Shown here in pieces: positions 19,157-29,174 of a stretch of 64,000 nt of DNA. The stretch is taken from positions 1,354 to 65,353 of the forward strand of contig CAZLPU010000019.1 in assembly GCA_964561475.1 (NCBI GenBank), given 5' to 3'. The stretch's first letter is position 1. Every line of letters starts with the position of its first letter. The notes under the pieces were generated by a model, which was not told where the DNA came from, ran no database searches, and was given only the letters and a program-made list of their open reading frames with translations. The position numbers were made by a program, and so were the translations under genes. The stretch comes from an uncultured Alphaproteobacteria bacterium. GTDB lineage: Bacteria; Pseudomonadota; Alphaproteobacteria; JAJFIK01.

Positions 19157-19780
19157 TTACCGGTCCAGGATCAGTTTGACGCCGAGCCCCGCGAGGACGG
19201 CCCCCGTGAGCCGGTCCAGATAGCCCTTCAGACGCCGGTACCGCTCCTTCATGGTCCCCAGGGTCAACGCATAGGCGACAAAGCCGTACCACAGGGTTTC
19301 GATCACCAGCACATTGGCCAGGACGATGCCGTAGAGTGCGAACGGTGCGCCGGCAGGGATCAGCGTGATGAACACGGACCCGAAAAAGACCGCCGGTTTG
19401 GGATTGGACAATTGGGTCACCAGCCCTTTGCGGAACCCGTTGGCCCTACCGGCCCCGCCTCCCGGGATCGCATCAGCCACCGGAAGCGGATCATCCGCAT
19501 GGCGCCAGATCTTCCAGGCAATGTAAATGAGATAGGCTGCACCGGCGATCTTCAGGACCGTGTAGAGCCAGGGCACCGCCAGAAACACAGCCTTCAACCC
19601 AAAAAGCGCTGCCGCCGCCCAGACCGTGGCCCCGACACCGGCCCCCACCGCAGATGCAAGACCCGCCCGGCGGGACGCGGCCACCGACAACTGCGCCACG
19701 ACGACAAAGGTCGGCCCGGGGGATATGGCAGCCATGAGATGGGCCGCCGCAAGACCGGTCAGGATCAGGACAAATTCCAT
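19157..19780 (-). CDS. LysE/RhtB family amino-acid exporter
   Basis: 207 aa, six TM. N-terminal LysE signature ISPGPTFVVV. Confidence 0.85.
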   Translation of the reverse strand: MEFVLILTGLAAAHLMAAISPGPTFVVVAQLSVAASRRAGLASAVGAGVGATVWAAAALFGLKAVFLAVPWLYTVLKIAGAAYLIYIAWKIWRHADDPLPVADAIPGGGAGRANGFRKGLVTQLSNPKPAVFFGSVFITLIPAGAPFALYGIVLANVLVIETLWYGFVAYALTLGTMKERYRRLKGYLDRLTGAVLAGLGVKLILDR

Positions 19781-19853
19781 CGCGTCGTTCCTTCAGCAGC
19801 TTGACCGGACCGTCCGTTCACGCCCAGTCCTATCGTTACATCAAGTCTTGTCG

Positions 19854-20915
19854 TCACGGAAACAGAGGAGGCTGGGTCAATGCGGTGGTTTCGGGGAGGT
19901 CCATCATGAGGTTGAAATTCTGGATGGCCTGGCCGCTGGAGCCCTTCACCAGATTGTCGATGGTGGCGATCACGATGGCCCGGCCCGGGATGCGGTCGGC
20001 GAAGGCGTTGATCATGCAGTGATTGGAGCCCCGGACATGGCGGGTGGCGGGAACCTCCCCCTCCGGCAGGACGTGGACGAAGGGCTCATTTTTATAGACC
20101 GTCTCCAGCGTCGCGCGCACATCCGCGATGCTCTGGCCCGGGGCAAGGCGGACATGGCAGGTCACCAGCTCCCCCCGGCTCATGGGCACCAGATGGGGGG
20201 TGAAATTCACGATGACATCCGTACCCGCCGCTTTGGAGAGTTCCTGTTCGATTTCAGGCGCATGGCGATGGTTCGCCACGCCGTATGGGCTGAGGCCCTC
20301 CCCTGCCTCACAGAACAGATTGGCCTCCTTCAGTCCCCGCCCGGCGCCGGAGACGCCGGACTTGGCATCGATGATCAGATCCTCGGGCGCAACCACCCCG
20401 GCCTTGAGCAGAGGCGCCAGAGCCAGCAGGGTGGCGGTGGGATAACAGCCCGGACAGGCCACGAGCCGGGCGGATTTCACCTGGTCCCGGGCCAGCTCCG
20501 TCAGCCCGTAGACCGCCTCGCCCTGGAGCGCGGTGGCCCGGTGCTCATGGCCGTACCAGCGGGCATAGGTGTCCGGGTTGGTCAGCCGAAAATCCGCCGA
20601 CAGATCGATGACTTTCAGTCCCTGGGGCAGCCCGGCGATGATTTCCTGGGTGGTGCCGTGGGGTAGCCCGCAAAAGACCGCATCCACCCCGCCCCAGTCC
20701 GCATCCTCCACGCTGAGCAGTTCAGCCGCGACCAGTTCCGGGGCGTTCACCAGACGCAGATGGGGAAAGACCGCGGTCAGGGGTTTGCCCGCGTGGGAGT
20801 TTGCCGTCAGCACACGAAGGGAAACATTAGGATGCCCGTCGAGCAGGCGCACCAGATCAGCGCCCGTATAGCCGGATGCACCCAGGACACCGACCCGAAT
20901 GGTCTGAGTGGTCAT
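19854..20915 (-). CDS. argC: N-acetyl-gamma-glutamyl-phosphate reductase
   Basis: IRVGVLGASGYTGADLVRLL NAD-binding N-terminus. Catalytic Cys region LVACPGCYPTA. Confidence 0.9.
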   Translation of the reverse strand: MTTQTIRVGVLGASGYTGADLVRLLDGHPNVSLRVLTANSHAGKPLTAVFPHLRLVNAPELVAAELLSVEDADWGGVDAVFCGLPHGTTQEIIAGLPQGLKVIDLSADFRLTNPDTYARWYGHEHRATALQGEAVYGLTELARDQVKSARLVACPGCYPTATLLALAPLLKAGVVAPEDLIIDAKSGVSGAGRGLKEANLFCEAGEGLSPYGVANHRHAPEIEQELSKAAGTDVIVNFTPHLVPMSRGELVTCHVRLAPGQSIADVRATLETVYKNEPFVHVLPEGEVPATRHVRGSNHCMINAFADRIPGRAIVIATIDNLVKGSSGQAIQNFNLMMDLPETTALTQPPLFP

Positions 20916-21103
20916 GGCGGTCTTTATCCTTGTTTCTTGCGTGAACAACACGTGTTGCCTGAACGGGACGGACACCGAGGGCACTGGGCCGAACCACGAG
21001 ATAAAGCCGATCCGCCCGGGTCAGCCCCCTTTGTACCAGTCCGGGACCGTGAGGGGACCCCTTTTCCTGAAGGCCCCTCTGGCCGCGCCTTTTTCCCCCG
21101 GGA

Positions 21104-23080
21104 TTGGACCAGCCGGGGCCAAGGAAATTCCTTACCTTTCAGGGTTATGATCCCGCTCCATCAGGGGAGGCAGGAATGCTCGGATGGCTCGGAACCCGGG
21201 CGGTACAGAACACGCCCGGCGTTCTGGACCGGATCAGGCACTTCAACAGTGAGCTCGACAGGCTCATGCGCATCCATACGGAGCAGCGCATGGCCAATCC
21301 GGACTTTTTCCGGGAGGTCACCAAGACCGCCAGTGCGAGTCTCCAGGTCGCCAGGGCCGCGATCTGGGAACTGACGACCGATCCCCTGGCCATCACCTGT
21401 TCCGACCTTTTTGAGCGGGAACAGAACGCGCATACTCAAGGCGGTCTACTTTGGGGCGCCGACTACCCGACTTATTTTCGTGCACTTATGAACTGCCGGG
21501 TGATTGATGCCTCCCACGCCTTGACGGACCCAAGGACCCGGGAGTTCGCGCGGGCCTATCTGAAAGACTATGACATCCATTCCCTGCTCGATGCTCAGAT
21601 CCGCTCCGCCAGCGGCCCGAGAGGGGTGGTCTGCTTTGAGAGCGTCGGTGTTGCGCGGACCTGGACACCGGATGAGATTGCCTTTGCGGCCTCTCTGGCG
21701 GAACTGGTGGGGCTTGCCATCGACCGGGAGGAACGCAGCCGGGTCCTGGCCGCCCTTGAGGACTCGAACCGCCAGCTTGAGCAGGCAGCGATCCGGGCGG
21801 AGGCCGCCAGCACCGCCAAATCCGCATTCCTTGCCACCATGAGCCATGAAATCCGCACACCGATGAATGGCGTGCTCGGCATGGTTCAGGCCCTCGGCCA
21901 TACGGATCTGACCGGGGACCAGCGCCAGATGGTGTCGGTGATCGAGGAGGCCGGCGCCTTCCTGATGAAGGTGCTCAACGATGTGCTGGATTTTTCCCGG
22001 ATCGAGGCAGGGCAGTTCGAGATCGAACAGATCCCCTTCAGCCTTGCGGACATCGGGGAGCGGATCAAATCCCTCCAGGGTCTCAGGGCAGACGAAAAGG
22101 GCCTTGACCTCGTGGTTGACGGGTTTGACACCTGGCGCATCGGTGATCCGGCCAGGATCCTTCAGATCGTCAACAACCTCACCCACAATGCGGTCAAGTT
22201 CACGGACACCGGGTCTGTCCGGGTGCGCTGCATACCCGGTGAACTCGAGGACGGCACGCCGCTGGTGACCTTCGAAATCGCCGATACGGGAATTGGCATG
22301 AACCCGGAGCAACTGGGCCGGATCTTCAACCGTTTCACCCAGGCCAGCTCTTCTACGACCCACTGTCACGGGGGCTCGGGCCTGGGCCTGACCATTGTCC
22401 GGGGGCTGGTCGATGCCATGGACGGACAGGTGGATGTGGACAGCGAGCCGGGCCGGGGGTCTGTCTTCCGGGTCCGGTTGCCTCTGGCCCCGACGGCGGA
22501 TCTCCAGCCGGCGCCCCGCCCTCACCCGGCCTCCCACAATGGGGATTGGCTGAAGGACCTGGTCATCCTGGCGGCGGAGGACAATGAGATCAATCAACTG
22601 GTGCTCCGGTCGATGCTGGAGCCCTTTGGCGCCCACCTCACCATGACCAATAATGGCCAGGAAGCCGTCTCCTATTTCCGGTCAAACCCGGTGGATCTTG
22701 TGCTGATGGATATTCAGATGCCGGTCATGGGCGGGGAACAGGCCTTCAAGGCGATCCGGGCGGTGGAAGCCGAGGCGCGGTTACGCAGTACAGACGCACC
22801 GGGCCGGGCCATGGTGCCGGTGATCGCCATGACCGCCAATTCCATGACCCACCAGGTGGATCATTATCTCACGGCGGGATTTGACGGGCATGTCGCCAAG
22901 CCGATCGACCTCGCCACCATGCTCACCACCATCAGGGAGGCGGTGGACCGGGCACGGATCAGGATGACCCCGGCCAATGACGCGGACAGGGATGCGGCGG
23001 GCACGGATGCTGGTGTGCAGGAGCAGGTGGCGGCGGGTAGCCGAGGCAATGGGCCCCGCATCTGGAACGGGGCCCACTGA
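21104..23080 (+). CDS. hybrid sensor histidine kinase (GAF - HisKA - HATPase - REC)
   Basis: GAF-like N-terminus. H-box [16 protein letters not shown]-boxes. C-terminal receiver with DLVLMDIQMP. Confidence 0.85.
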   Translation: MDQPGPRKFLTFQGYDPAPSGEAGMLGWLGTRAVQNTPGVLDRIRHFNSELDRLMRIHTEQRMANPDFFREVTKTASASLQVARAAIWELTTDPLAITCSDLFEREQNAHTQGGLLWGADYPTYFRALMNCRVIDASHALTDPRTREFARAYLKDYDIHSLLDAQIRSASGPRGVVCFESVGVARTWTPDEIAFAASLAELVGLAIDREERSRVLAALEDSNRQLEQAAIRAEAASTAKSAFLATMSHEIRTPMNGVLGMVQALGHTDLTGDQRQMVSVIEEAGAFLMKVLNDVLDFSRIEAGQFEIEQIPFSLADIGERIKSLQGLRADEKGLDLVVDGFDTWRIGDPARILQIVNNLTHNAVKFTDTGSVRVRCIPGELEDGTPLVTFEIADTGIGMNPEQLGRIFNRFTQASSSTTHCHGGSGLGLTIVRGLVDAMDGQVDVDSEPGRGSVFRVRLPLAPTADLQPAPRPHPASHNGDWLKDLVILAAEDNEINQLVLRSMLEPFGAHLTMTNNGQEAVSYFRSNPVDLVLMDIQMPVMGGEQAFKAIRAVEAEARLRSTDAPGRAMVPVIAMTANSMTHQVDHYLTAGFDGHVAKPIDLATMLTTIREAVDRARIRMTPANDADRDAAGTDAGVQEQVAAGSRGNGPRIWNGAH

Positions 23081-23092
23081 GTATCGGGATCG

Positions 23093-23590
23093 TCAGCGTT
23101 TGGAGAACTGGAAGCTCCGGCGGGCCTTGGCGCGGCCGTATTTCTTCCGTTCCACCACCCGGGCATCCCGGGTCAAGAAGCCATGCTTTTTCAGGACCGG
23201 GCGCAGATCCGGTTCGTAATAGGTCAAGGCCTTGGAGATGCCGTGGCGCACGGCGCCCGCCTGACCGGAGAGACCGCCACCCACCACCGTGCAGATGATG
23301 TCGTATTGGGAGTCCCGCTCCGCCACCTGGAGGGGCTGGCGCAGGATCATCCGCAGCACGGGACGGGCGAAATAGCGCTCGATATCCTTGCCGTTCACGG
23401 TCACCACGCCGGTGCCCCGCTTGATCCAGACACGGGCGACCGCGTCCTTCCGCTTGCCCGTGGCATAAGCCCGGCCATGTTCGTCGATCTTAGGTTCCCG
23501 GGAGGCGCTTTCGTCGGCGGCAACGGCGTCCTGGCGCTCCCCATCGGCCAGAGTACTCAGATCCTTCAGTGTACGGGGTTCGTCAGCCAT
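23093..23590 (-). CDS. rpsI: 30S ribosomal protein S9
   Basis: [13 protein letters not shown]...[19 protein letters not shown]...[18 protein letters not shown], with an alphaproteobacterial-type N-terminal extension. Confidence 0.95.
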   Translation of the reverse strand: MADEPRTLKDLSTLADGERQDAVAADESASREPKIDEHGRAYATGKRKDAVARVWIKRGTGVVTVNGKDIERYFARPVLRMILRQPLQVAERDSQYDIICTVVGGGLSGQAGAVRHGISKALTYYEPDLRPVLKKHGFLTRDARVVERKKYGRAKARRSFQFSKR

Positions 23591-23595
23591 GGTGC

Positions 23596-24063
23596 TCAGG
23601 CCCTCACGGAATTCTTGGGATTACGGCTCTTGAAGTCGATCGTTTCCGGCTTCTGGGCCTCATGGGGATGGTCGGATCCGGCGTAGACGCGCAAATTGGA
23701 GAACTGCTTCTTGGCGAGCGGTCCTTCCTTGGGCAGCATCCGCTGCACGGCTTTCATCAGCACACGCTCGGGAAACCGTCCGTCCAGCAGCTTGTCGGCG
23801 GTGCGGCTCTTGATGCCGCCGGGATAGCCCGTGTGCCAGTAATAGGTCTGCTGAGTACGCTTGTTGCCGGTGAAATGGACCTTGTCCGCGTTGATGACGA
23901 TGACATGGTCGCCGCAATCCACATGGGGGGTGTAGTCCGGGCGGTGCTTGCCGCGCAGGCGCAGGGCGATGAAGCTCGCGAGACGGCCGACAACCGCATC
24001 CTCGGCGTCGATCACGATCCACTTCTTCTCGACATCCTGGGCTCTGATAAATTGTGTCTTCAT
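23596..24063 (-). CDS. rplM: 50S ribosomal protein L13
   Basis: [30 protein letters not shown]...[12 protein letters not shown]. Immediately upstream of rpsI (classic rplM-rpsI operon). Confidence 0.95.
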   Translation of the reverse strand: MKTQFIRAQDVEKKWIVIDAEDAVVGRLASFIALRLRGKHRPDYTPHVDCGDHVIVINADKVHFTGNKRTQQTYYWHTGYPGGIKSRTADKLLDGRFPERVLMKAVQRMLPKEGPLAKKQFSNLRVYAGSDHPHEAQKPETIDFKSRNPKNSVRA

Positions 24064-24586
24064 AACACTCACTGCCCCGACCCTTGGCGGGACGGGATCC
24101 TCTGGTCGGTCATCACCGATGGGGTGATAGGAGATGGGTGGTGATACTGCCCCCCGCCCCGCCCGTCAAGGCACATAAATGGATATCTGTGACGAAAGAT
24201 CGTTTGAAATCAATTGGTTAGTTAAGAGGTATCAAAATACCCCATATTCAAAAGTGGTGATCGTGCTTGTGACGAACGTCTTGGACCGGGCGGAGATCGG
24301 ATTGCCCGGGCTCACGCCTCTGATGATGCGGTTTCAGGCTGTGTACTCAAACGCGACCGCATCGCGATGCAGATGCTTGTGGGCGGGGTGCCGAAGTTTC
24401 TCGGCGAGGCGGCCTGGGAAAATCTAGCAACGCCATGGGGTGGTGTTGATATGGGTCCGGCTCCATCTGTGCCGGACTTCGGAAACGCCCAAGACAGTGT
24501 AGTAAGTCCGCACAGGGATTACGATCGAGACCTGCAGGACTTAACCTGCACGATTCCGGCATTGAGGACCGGGACCTGAACGCGCA

Positions 24587-24883
24587 TTGCGGAGGATGAA
24601 GATGTCAGCAGAAGATATTGAGTTCACGTTCTATATCGTTGTGATTGTCGCTTTATCAGGGACTGCTTTCGGCCTTTTCATCGTATCTAAAGTCTTCAAG
24701 CCCCGCCCGGGCCGGCAAAAATCCGGCAGTGAGTATGCCCGCATCCGGGATGTGTGGGACATTCAGTCGGATGTCACGACTGCGGTCGACGCCCTGGGCG
24801 GGGAAATCCGTGCACTGAACGCCCGGATTGCCGATCTGGACAAGCGCCTCGAGCGGGTCGAAAAGGCCCTGCATCTGGATTGA
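24587..24883 (+). CDS. hypothetical small membrane protein
   Basis: 98 aa, one TM (FTFYIVVIVALSGTAFGLFIV) and a coiled-coil C-terminus. Weak support. Confidence 0.35.
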   Translation: MRRMKMSAEDIEFTFYIVVIVALSGTAFGLFIVSKVFKPRPGRQKSGSEYARIRDVWDIQSDVTTAVDALGGEIRALNARIADLDKRLERVEKALHLD

Positions 24884-25005
24884 CCTGCATCCGGATCGGC
24901 CTGAATCCGAAGCAAAGCCAGGAGCACAAACGACGCGCCGCCCCTCCGCGAGGGCGGCGCAGGGGCACCGGGCCGGAGTTTGATCCGGCCCGGTCGGATC
25001 ACGCT

Positions 25006-27648
25006 TTAGAAATCGGCCTGGACCCGGACGCCGATCTCCCGGGGCGCGCCGAGACGCACCCGCTCATCACCGCCGGATGAAACATATTCCTCATCAAACA
25101 GATTGGTGGCCACGAAGGCCAGGGTCACGCCCTTGTAGCGGTAGCCGGTGGTCAGATTGACCAGAACCCGGCTGTCATTGTTGAGGAAGGTGCCCGAGGC
25201 GCTGTTGGCGTTGTTGACGAAGGACTCGCCCTCATAGGTCACGCCCACGGTGCCGAAGAGACCGTTATCCGCCTCGTAAGTCACCCGGAAAGCGCCGGAC
25301 CAGTTGGGCGCAAAACCGAATTCCTGGCCATTGAACGCATTGAGCACTTCATCGAGATCGATCGGCGCGGTCTGGTTCTGGGCCTCGATCAGGGCCTCGG
25401 CCAGAGCGGTGTCGAAGTCCTCGAACTCGGTGTCGGAATAGCCAAGCACACCCTGGATGGAGATATTGTCCGTAGGCTGCCAGAGGGCATCGATCTCGAA
25501 ACCGAAGACCCGGGAGCTGCCCACATTGAAACCGACTTCATCCTGCTGGAGGGTGGACAGGCCCACCACCACCTGCTGGTCTTCCCAATCCGTATAGAAC
25601 GCATTGGCATTCACGAGCAGGCTGCGGTCGAACCAATAGGACCGCAGGGCCAGTTCATAGTTCAGGGTGAATTCGGGATCGAACTGGGAGACGAACTGGC
25701 GGGGAATGTTCAGGTCCGACCCGCCGGCCCGGTATCCCCGGCGCATGGAGAAGCTGACCGACCGGTCCTCGTCAATGTCATAGCGGATGAAACCGGACGG
25801 AAGCCAGGCATCGAAACTCTGGGTCGCGCTGGTGCTGGCCTCCGCCAGGGTGGCGTCAAAAAACCCGTTCACCAGGGCAATGGATCCCTGGACCACAGGA
25901 ACCAGCAGGGGCTCGAAGCCCTCGGGCAGGGCCGGTGCGGCCGGATTGGGCAGGCCCAGGGGATCACCGCTCAGGGTGAGGCCCTCTTCCTGTTCTTCCG
26001 TGTCATAACGGATGCCGAAACCAACGGTGAGGCGGTTGGTGACATCGTATTCGCCGCGCACATAGGCGGCGAAATTCTGCACGTCCAGGGGCTCGCTGGT
26101 CAGGGCGATGAACGATCCGATGTCGGTATAATTGTTCAAAATGACATTGACCGTCCCGTCCGTGGCCGCAGCGATGAAGGCGTCGAAAAAGGCATCCCCT
26201 TCAGGACCCGGCGGAATGGCCCCCACCGGGTTGCCCGGGAACGGCACGCCCCGCAGAGGGGCGAGTTCCGCGACCAGGGTCGCCTCGACGCCGGGGCGGG
26301 TCGCGCCTTCCACAACACCGAGAATGCCGGTCTGGATGCCGGGAGTGAAATTGAACTCTTCCTCGCTGGAGTCCACATAGTAGAGACCGCCCAGGGCCCG
26401 GAACCGTCCGCCTGCATCATAATAGGCGGTGATTTCCTGGGTGAAGATGGTCTGTTCCTCAAGCTGGGTGCCCGAGGGTTCGTACTGATCCACCATGGAG
26501 GGAACCGTGGGGATGTTGAAGGGGTTGTTGATCTGAACCGGCCCCTGGGGAAAACTGGAGGGATCCAGATTGGTTCCATCCGTATCCAGACGCTCGTCAT
26601 TGGTGGCATCGCTGTAGGCGGTGATTGAGGTCAGGGTGATGGCATCGTTCACGTCCCAGCTCACCCGCAGGGAGTAGTTGTACTGGGTGTTTTCGTTGAA
26701 ATCCGGCACGTTCACATAGGTCTGGCGCAGGCTTTCATTGCCGGGCACCACATCGGTGAAATTGACGAAGCCGTTTTCATCCCGGGACCGGCGGTCGGAC
26801 AGGGCATCGGCGACCGTGGCCTGAACATAGTTGAACGTGAACAGGGCCCGGACGGAGTCGACGGGTTCGAACAGCAGTTTCACCCGGCCCTGCCATTGAT
26901 CGTAGAAGTCCGCGCCGTCTTCGCCGGTCACCGGATTGGAGACGTACCCGTCGCTTTCCCGGCGCTCGCCGGAGACCCGGAAGGCCAGCACATCGTCGAT
27001 GATCGGGCCGCCGAGGGCGAATGCGTAGGAATACTCATCCCCTTCGTCCGAATTCAGATAAATGGAGCGGGCCTTGCCGGTCCATTCATAGGTGGGGTCG
27101 ACGGTCCGGATGATGATGGCCCCGGCCAGGGCGTTACGACCCTGGACCGTGGACTGGGCGCCCCTGAGCACTTCCACCTGGGCCACATCCCAGATCGCGT
27201 TGGCACCGAACCGGGTGGTCTGGTCGCCCAGGGTCACGTCATCCACATAGATCTGCGCGAGGGGGGCGGATCCGGCGCCCAGAAGGTTGTCAAACGGGAT
27301 GCCGCGGATGGAGAAGCCGCCTTCGGAGTTGCCGAGATTGACGTTGGCGATGTAGTCGAAAGCATCCCCCAGGGAGACGATGGCGTCCTGTTCCAACTGC
27401 TCACCGGTCACGATGCCGACGGAGGTCACGGTTTCCTGGAGGGAGCGGTCCACCTTTTCGCCGGTGACGATGATCGTCTCGATGCGATTGCCCCGCTCGT
27501 CGGTGACAGCCGCTTCCGGGGCGCTGTTCTGTCCCTCTTCCTGAGCCCCGTCCTGGGCGAAAACCGCACCGGCAGGCTGCAAAAACGCCAGGGCGGCGGT
27601 GAGCGCCAATGTTGAACAGGTCGCGCGATAAACGTGTTTGATCGTCAT
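25006..27648 (-). CDS. TonB-dependent outer membrane receptor
   Basis: Signal peptide MTIKHVYRATCSTLALTAALAFLQPAGAVFA. Plug domain (ETIIVTGEK TonB-box-like). Long beta-barrel. Terminal ...RVQADF (aromatic C-terminus). Confidence 0.9.
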   Translation of the reverse strand: MTIKHVYRATCSTLALTAALAFLQPAGAVFAQDGAQEEGQNSAPEAAVTDERGNRIETIIVTGEKVDRSLQETVTSVGIVTGEQLEQDAIVSLGDAFDYIANVNLGNSEGGFSIRGIPFDNLLGAGSAPLAQIYVDDVTLGDQTTRFGANAIWDVAQVEVLRGAQSTVQGRNALAGAIIIRTVDPTYEWTGKARSIYLNSDEGDEYSYAFALGGPIIDDVLAFRVSGERRESDGYVSNPVTGEDGADFYDQWQGRVKLLFEPVDSVRALFTFNYVQATVADALSDRRSRDENGFVNFTDVVPGNESLRQTYVNVPDFNENTQYNYSLRVSWDVNDAITLTSITAYSDATNDERLDTDGTNLDPSSFPQGPVQINNPFNIPTVPSMVDQYEPSGTQLEEQTIFTQEITAYYDAGGRFRALGGLYYVDSSEEEFNFTPGIQTGILGVVEGATRPGVEATLVAELAPLRGVPFPGNPVGAIPPGPEGDAFFDAFIAAATDGTVNVILNNYTDIGSFIALTSEPLDVQNFAAYVRGEYDVTNRLTVGFGIRYDTEEQEEGLTLSGDPLGLPNPAAPALPEGFEPLLVPVVQGSIALVNGFFDATLAEASTSATQSFDAWLPSGFIRYDIDEDRSVSFSMRRGYRAGGSDLNIPRQFVSQFDPEFTLNYELALRSYWFDRSLLVNANAFYTDWEDQQVVVGLSTLQQDEVGFNVGSSRVFGFEIDALWQPTDNISIQGVLGYSDTEFEDFDTALAEALIEAQNQTAPIDLDEVLNAFNGQEFGFAPNWSGAFRVTYEADNGLFGTVGVTYEGESFVNNANSASGTFLNNDSRVLVNLTTGYRYKGVTLAFVATNLFDEEYVSSGGDERVRLGAPREIGVRVQADF

Positions 27649-27907
27649 TTCAGCCCCCAGATCGCTTGATTCCGCTGGCCCATTACGGGGCCAAGATCCC
27701 ATTCCCAACTGGATTTGATACTGGAGGCCCGGATCCTTATCCCGTGAACTTTTTGTTTCGCGCCGCAATACCCCCGTCATATTGACCCGGTAAGGGGCAC
27801 CGTCGAGGTGGTTCCGTTCAACGGGCATCGGTTCTGCCGTTTGGTCGATCACCGTGCGCAGCACCTGCGCGGGGGGCGGGCCAGGGACGCCATGAAACAG
27901 CGGCGCC

Positions 27908-29125
27908 ATGAAAGAGGTTGAACTGATGAACGCAGATGTCCGGATCCACACCCTTCGCGCGGCGTTGTGCGGCCTGGGGCTGGTTGCCCTGGCGGGATGC
28001 GCCATGGACCGGGACAGTGCCCGTATGGCCCCGGGCGGCTCAGAGTGTCCGTCACCAACCGTGGCCGAGGGTTCCTGTACCGGTGCGCCCGCCGATGTGA
28101 AGCTCAACGACCTCCAGGCGGTGGGCTCCCACAACAGCTACAAGAGATTTCTGCCCCCTGCGGAACAATCCGCCCTGTCGCGCAGGGCATTCCGCCTCGC
28201 CATCGGCATCGATTACGGTCATGTGTCCCTTACGGAGCAACTGGATCTGGGCATGCGCCAGATCGAGCTGGACATTGTCCACGACCCGGAAGGGGGGCGC
28301 TATGCCGATCCCCTGGCCCCGCGCCTCACCGCCGGTCAGAAAGGCTCACGGCCCTTCGACAAAACGGGCCTGCTGGAGCCCGGTTTCAAGGTCCTCCACA
28401 TTCAGGACATTGATGTCCACAGCACCTGCGCCACCTTGATCCTTTGTCTGACGGAAATCCGGGACTGGTCGACGGCCAATCCGGACCATGGCCCGATCCT
28501 CATCATGATGAACGCCAAGGACGCCCCGATCGACCTGGATGGCGCCGTGGTGCCCCTCCCCTTCAATGCTGCCGCCTTTGATGCTCTTGATGGGGAAATC
28601 CTTTCGGTGTTTGCCCGTTCCTCCATCGTCATGCCCGACGATGTGCGCGGTGATGCGCCAACCCTGCGGGATGGTGCCCTGTCGGGCGGCTGGCCGGTGC
28701 TGGCAGAGGCCCGGGGCAAGGTGCTGTTCGCCCTGGACGAGGGCCCGGCGAAAGTGGAGGCCTATCTACGGGGCCGGGCATCCCTGGAGGGACTGCCCAT
28801 GTTCGTGAACTCGGTCTCCGAAGATGCGCCCCATGCGGCCTATTTCACCATCAACAATCCCCGCCGGGACCGCAAACGGATCCTGGACGCGGTCAAGGCC
28901 GGCTTTCTTGTGCGCACCCGGGCGGATGCCAATACCCTTGAGGCCCGGGGCGGGACGACAGGGCGCCGGGACGCGGCTTTTGCGTCAGGGGCCCATTATA
29001 TCTCCACGGATTATTACGAACCCAGGACCGAATGGAGCGATTACAAGGTGCGGCTTCCCGGACGGGGGCCCGTGCGCTGCAATCCGGTGAGACGGGACGA
29101 GAAGTGTGCGCCCATATCGGAATAG
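27908..29125 (+). CDS. lipoprotein, Ca2+-dependent phosphoinositide-specific phospholipase C-like (PI-PLC X-domain-like phosphodiesterase)
   Basis: Lipobox LVALAGCA. GSHNSYK motif and the overall pattern are as in bacterial PI-PLC-C1-like proteins. Confidence 0.65.
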   Translation: MKEVELMNADVRIHTLRAALCGLGLVALAGCAMDRDSARMAPGGSECPSPTVAEGSCTGAPADVKLNDLQAVGSHNSYKRFLPPAEQSALSRRAFRLAIGIDYGHVSLTEQLDLGMRQIELDIVHDPEGGRYADPLAPRLTAGQKGSRPFDKTGLLEPGFKVLHIQDIDVHSTCATLILCLTEIRDWSTANPDHGPILIMMNAKDAPIDLDGAVVPLPFNAAAFDALDGEILSVFARSSIVMPDDVRGDAPTLRDGALSGGWPVLAEARGKVLFALDEGPAKVEAYLRGRASLEGLPMFVNSVSEDAPHAAYFTINNPRRDRKRILDAVKAGFLVRTRADANTLEARGGTTGRRDAAFASGAHYISTDYYEPRTEWSDYKVRLPGRGPVRCNPVRRDEKCAPISE

Positions 29126-29174
29126 ACCGGCACCGGAATAGACTGCTATCGGATTAAATCGGGGCAAGCGTCAC

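Noticed and set aside
24179-24427. 82-aa ORF in the rplM upstream region
   Set aside because: It lies in the AT-rich promoter region of the rplM-rpsI operon. No RBS or family support was found.
27649-27907. Possible riboswitch or Fur box in the leader of the TonB-dependent receptor
   Set aside because: No cobalamin B12-box, TPP (CUGAGA) or Fur-box (GATAATGATAATCATTATC-like) consensus could be recognised by eye. Only a weak CCCC...GGGG hairpin was seen.
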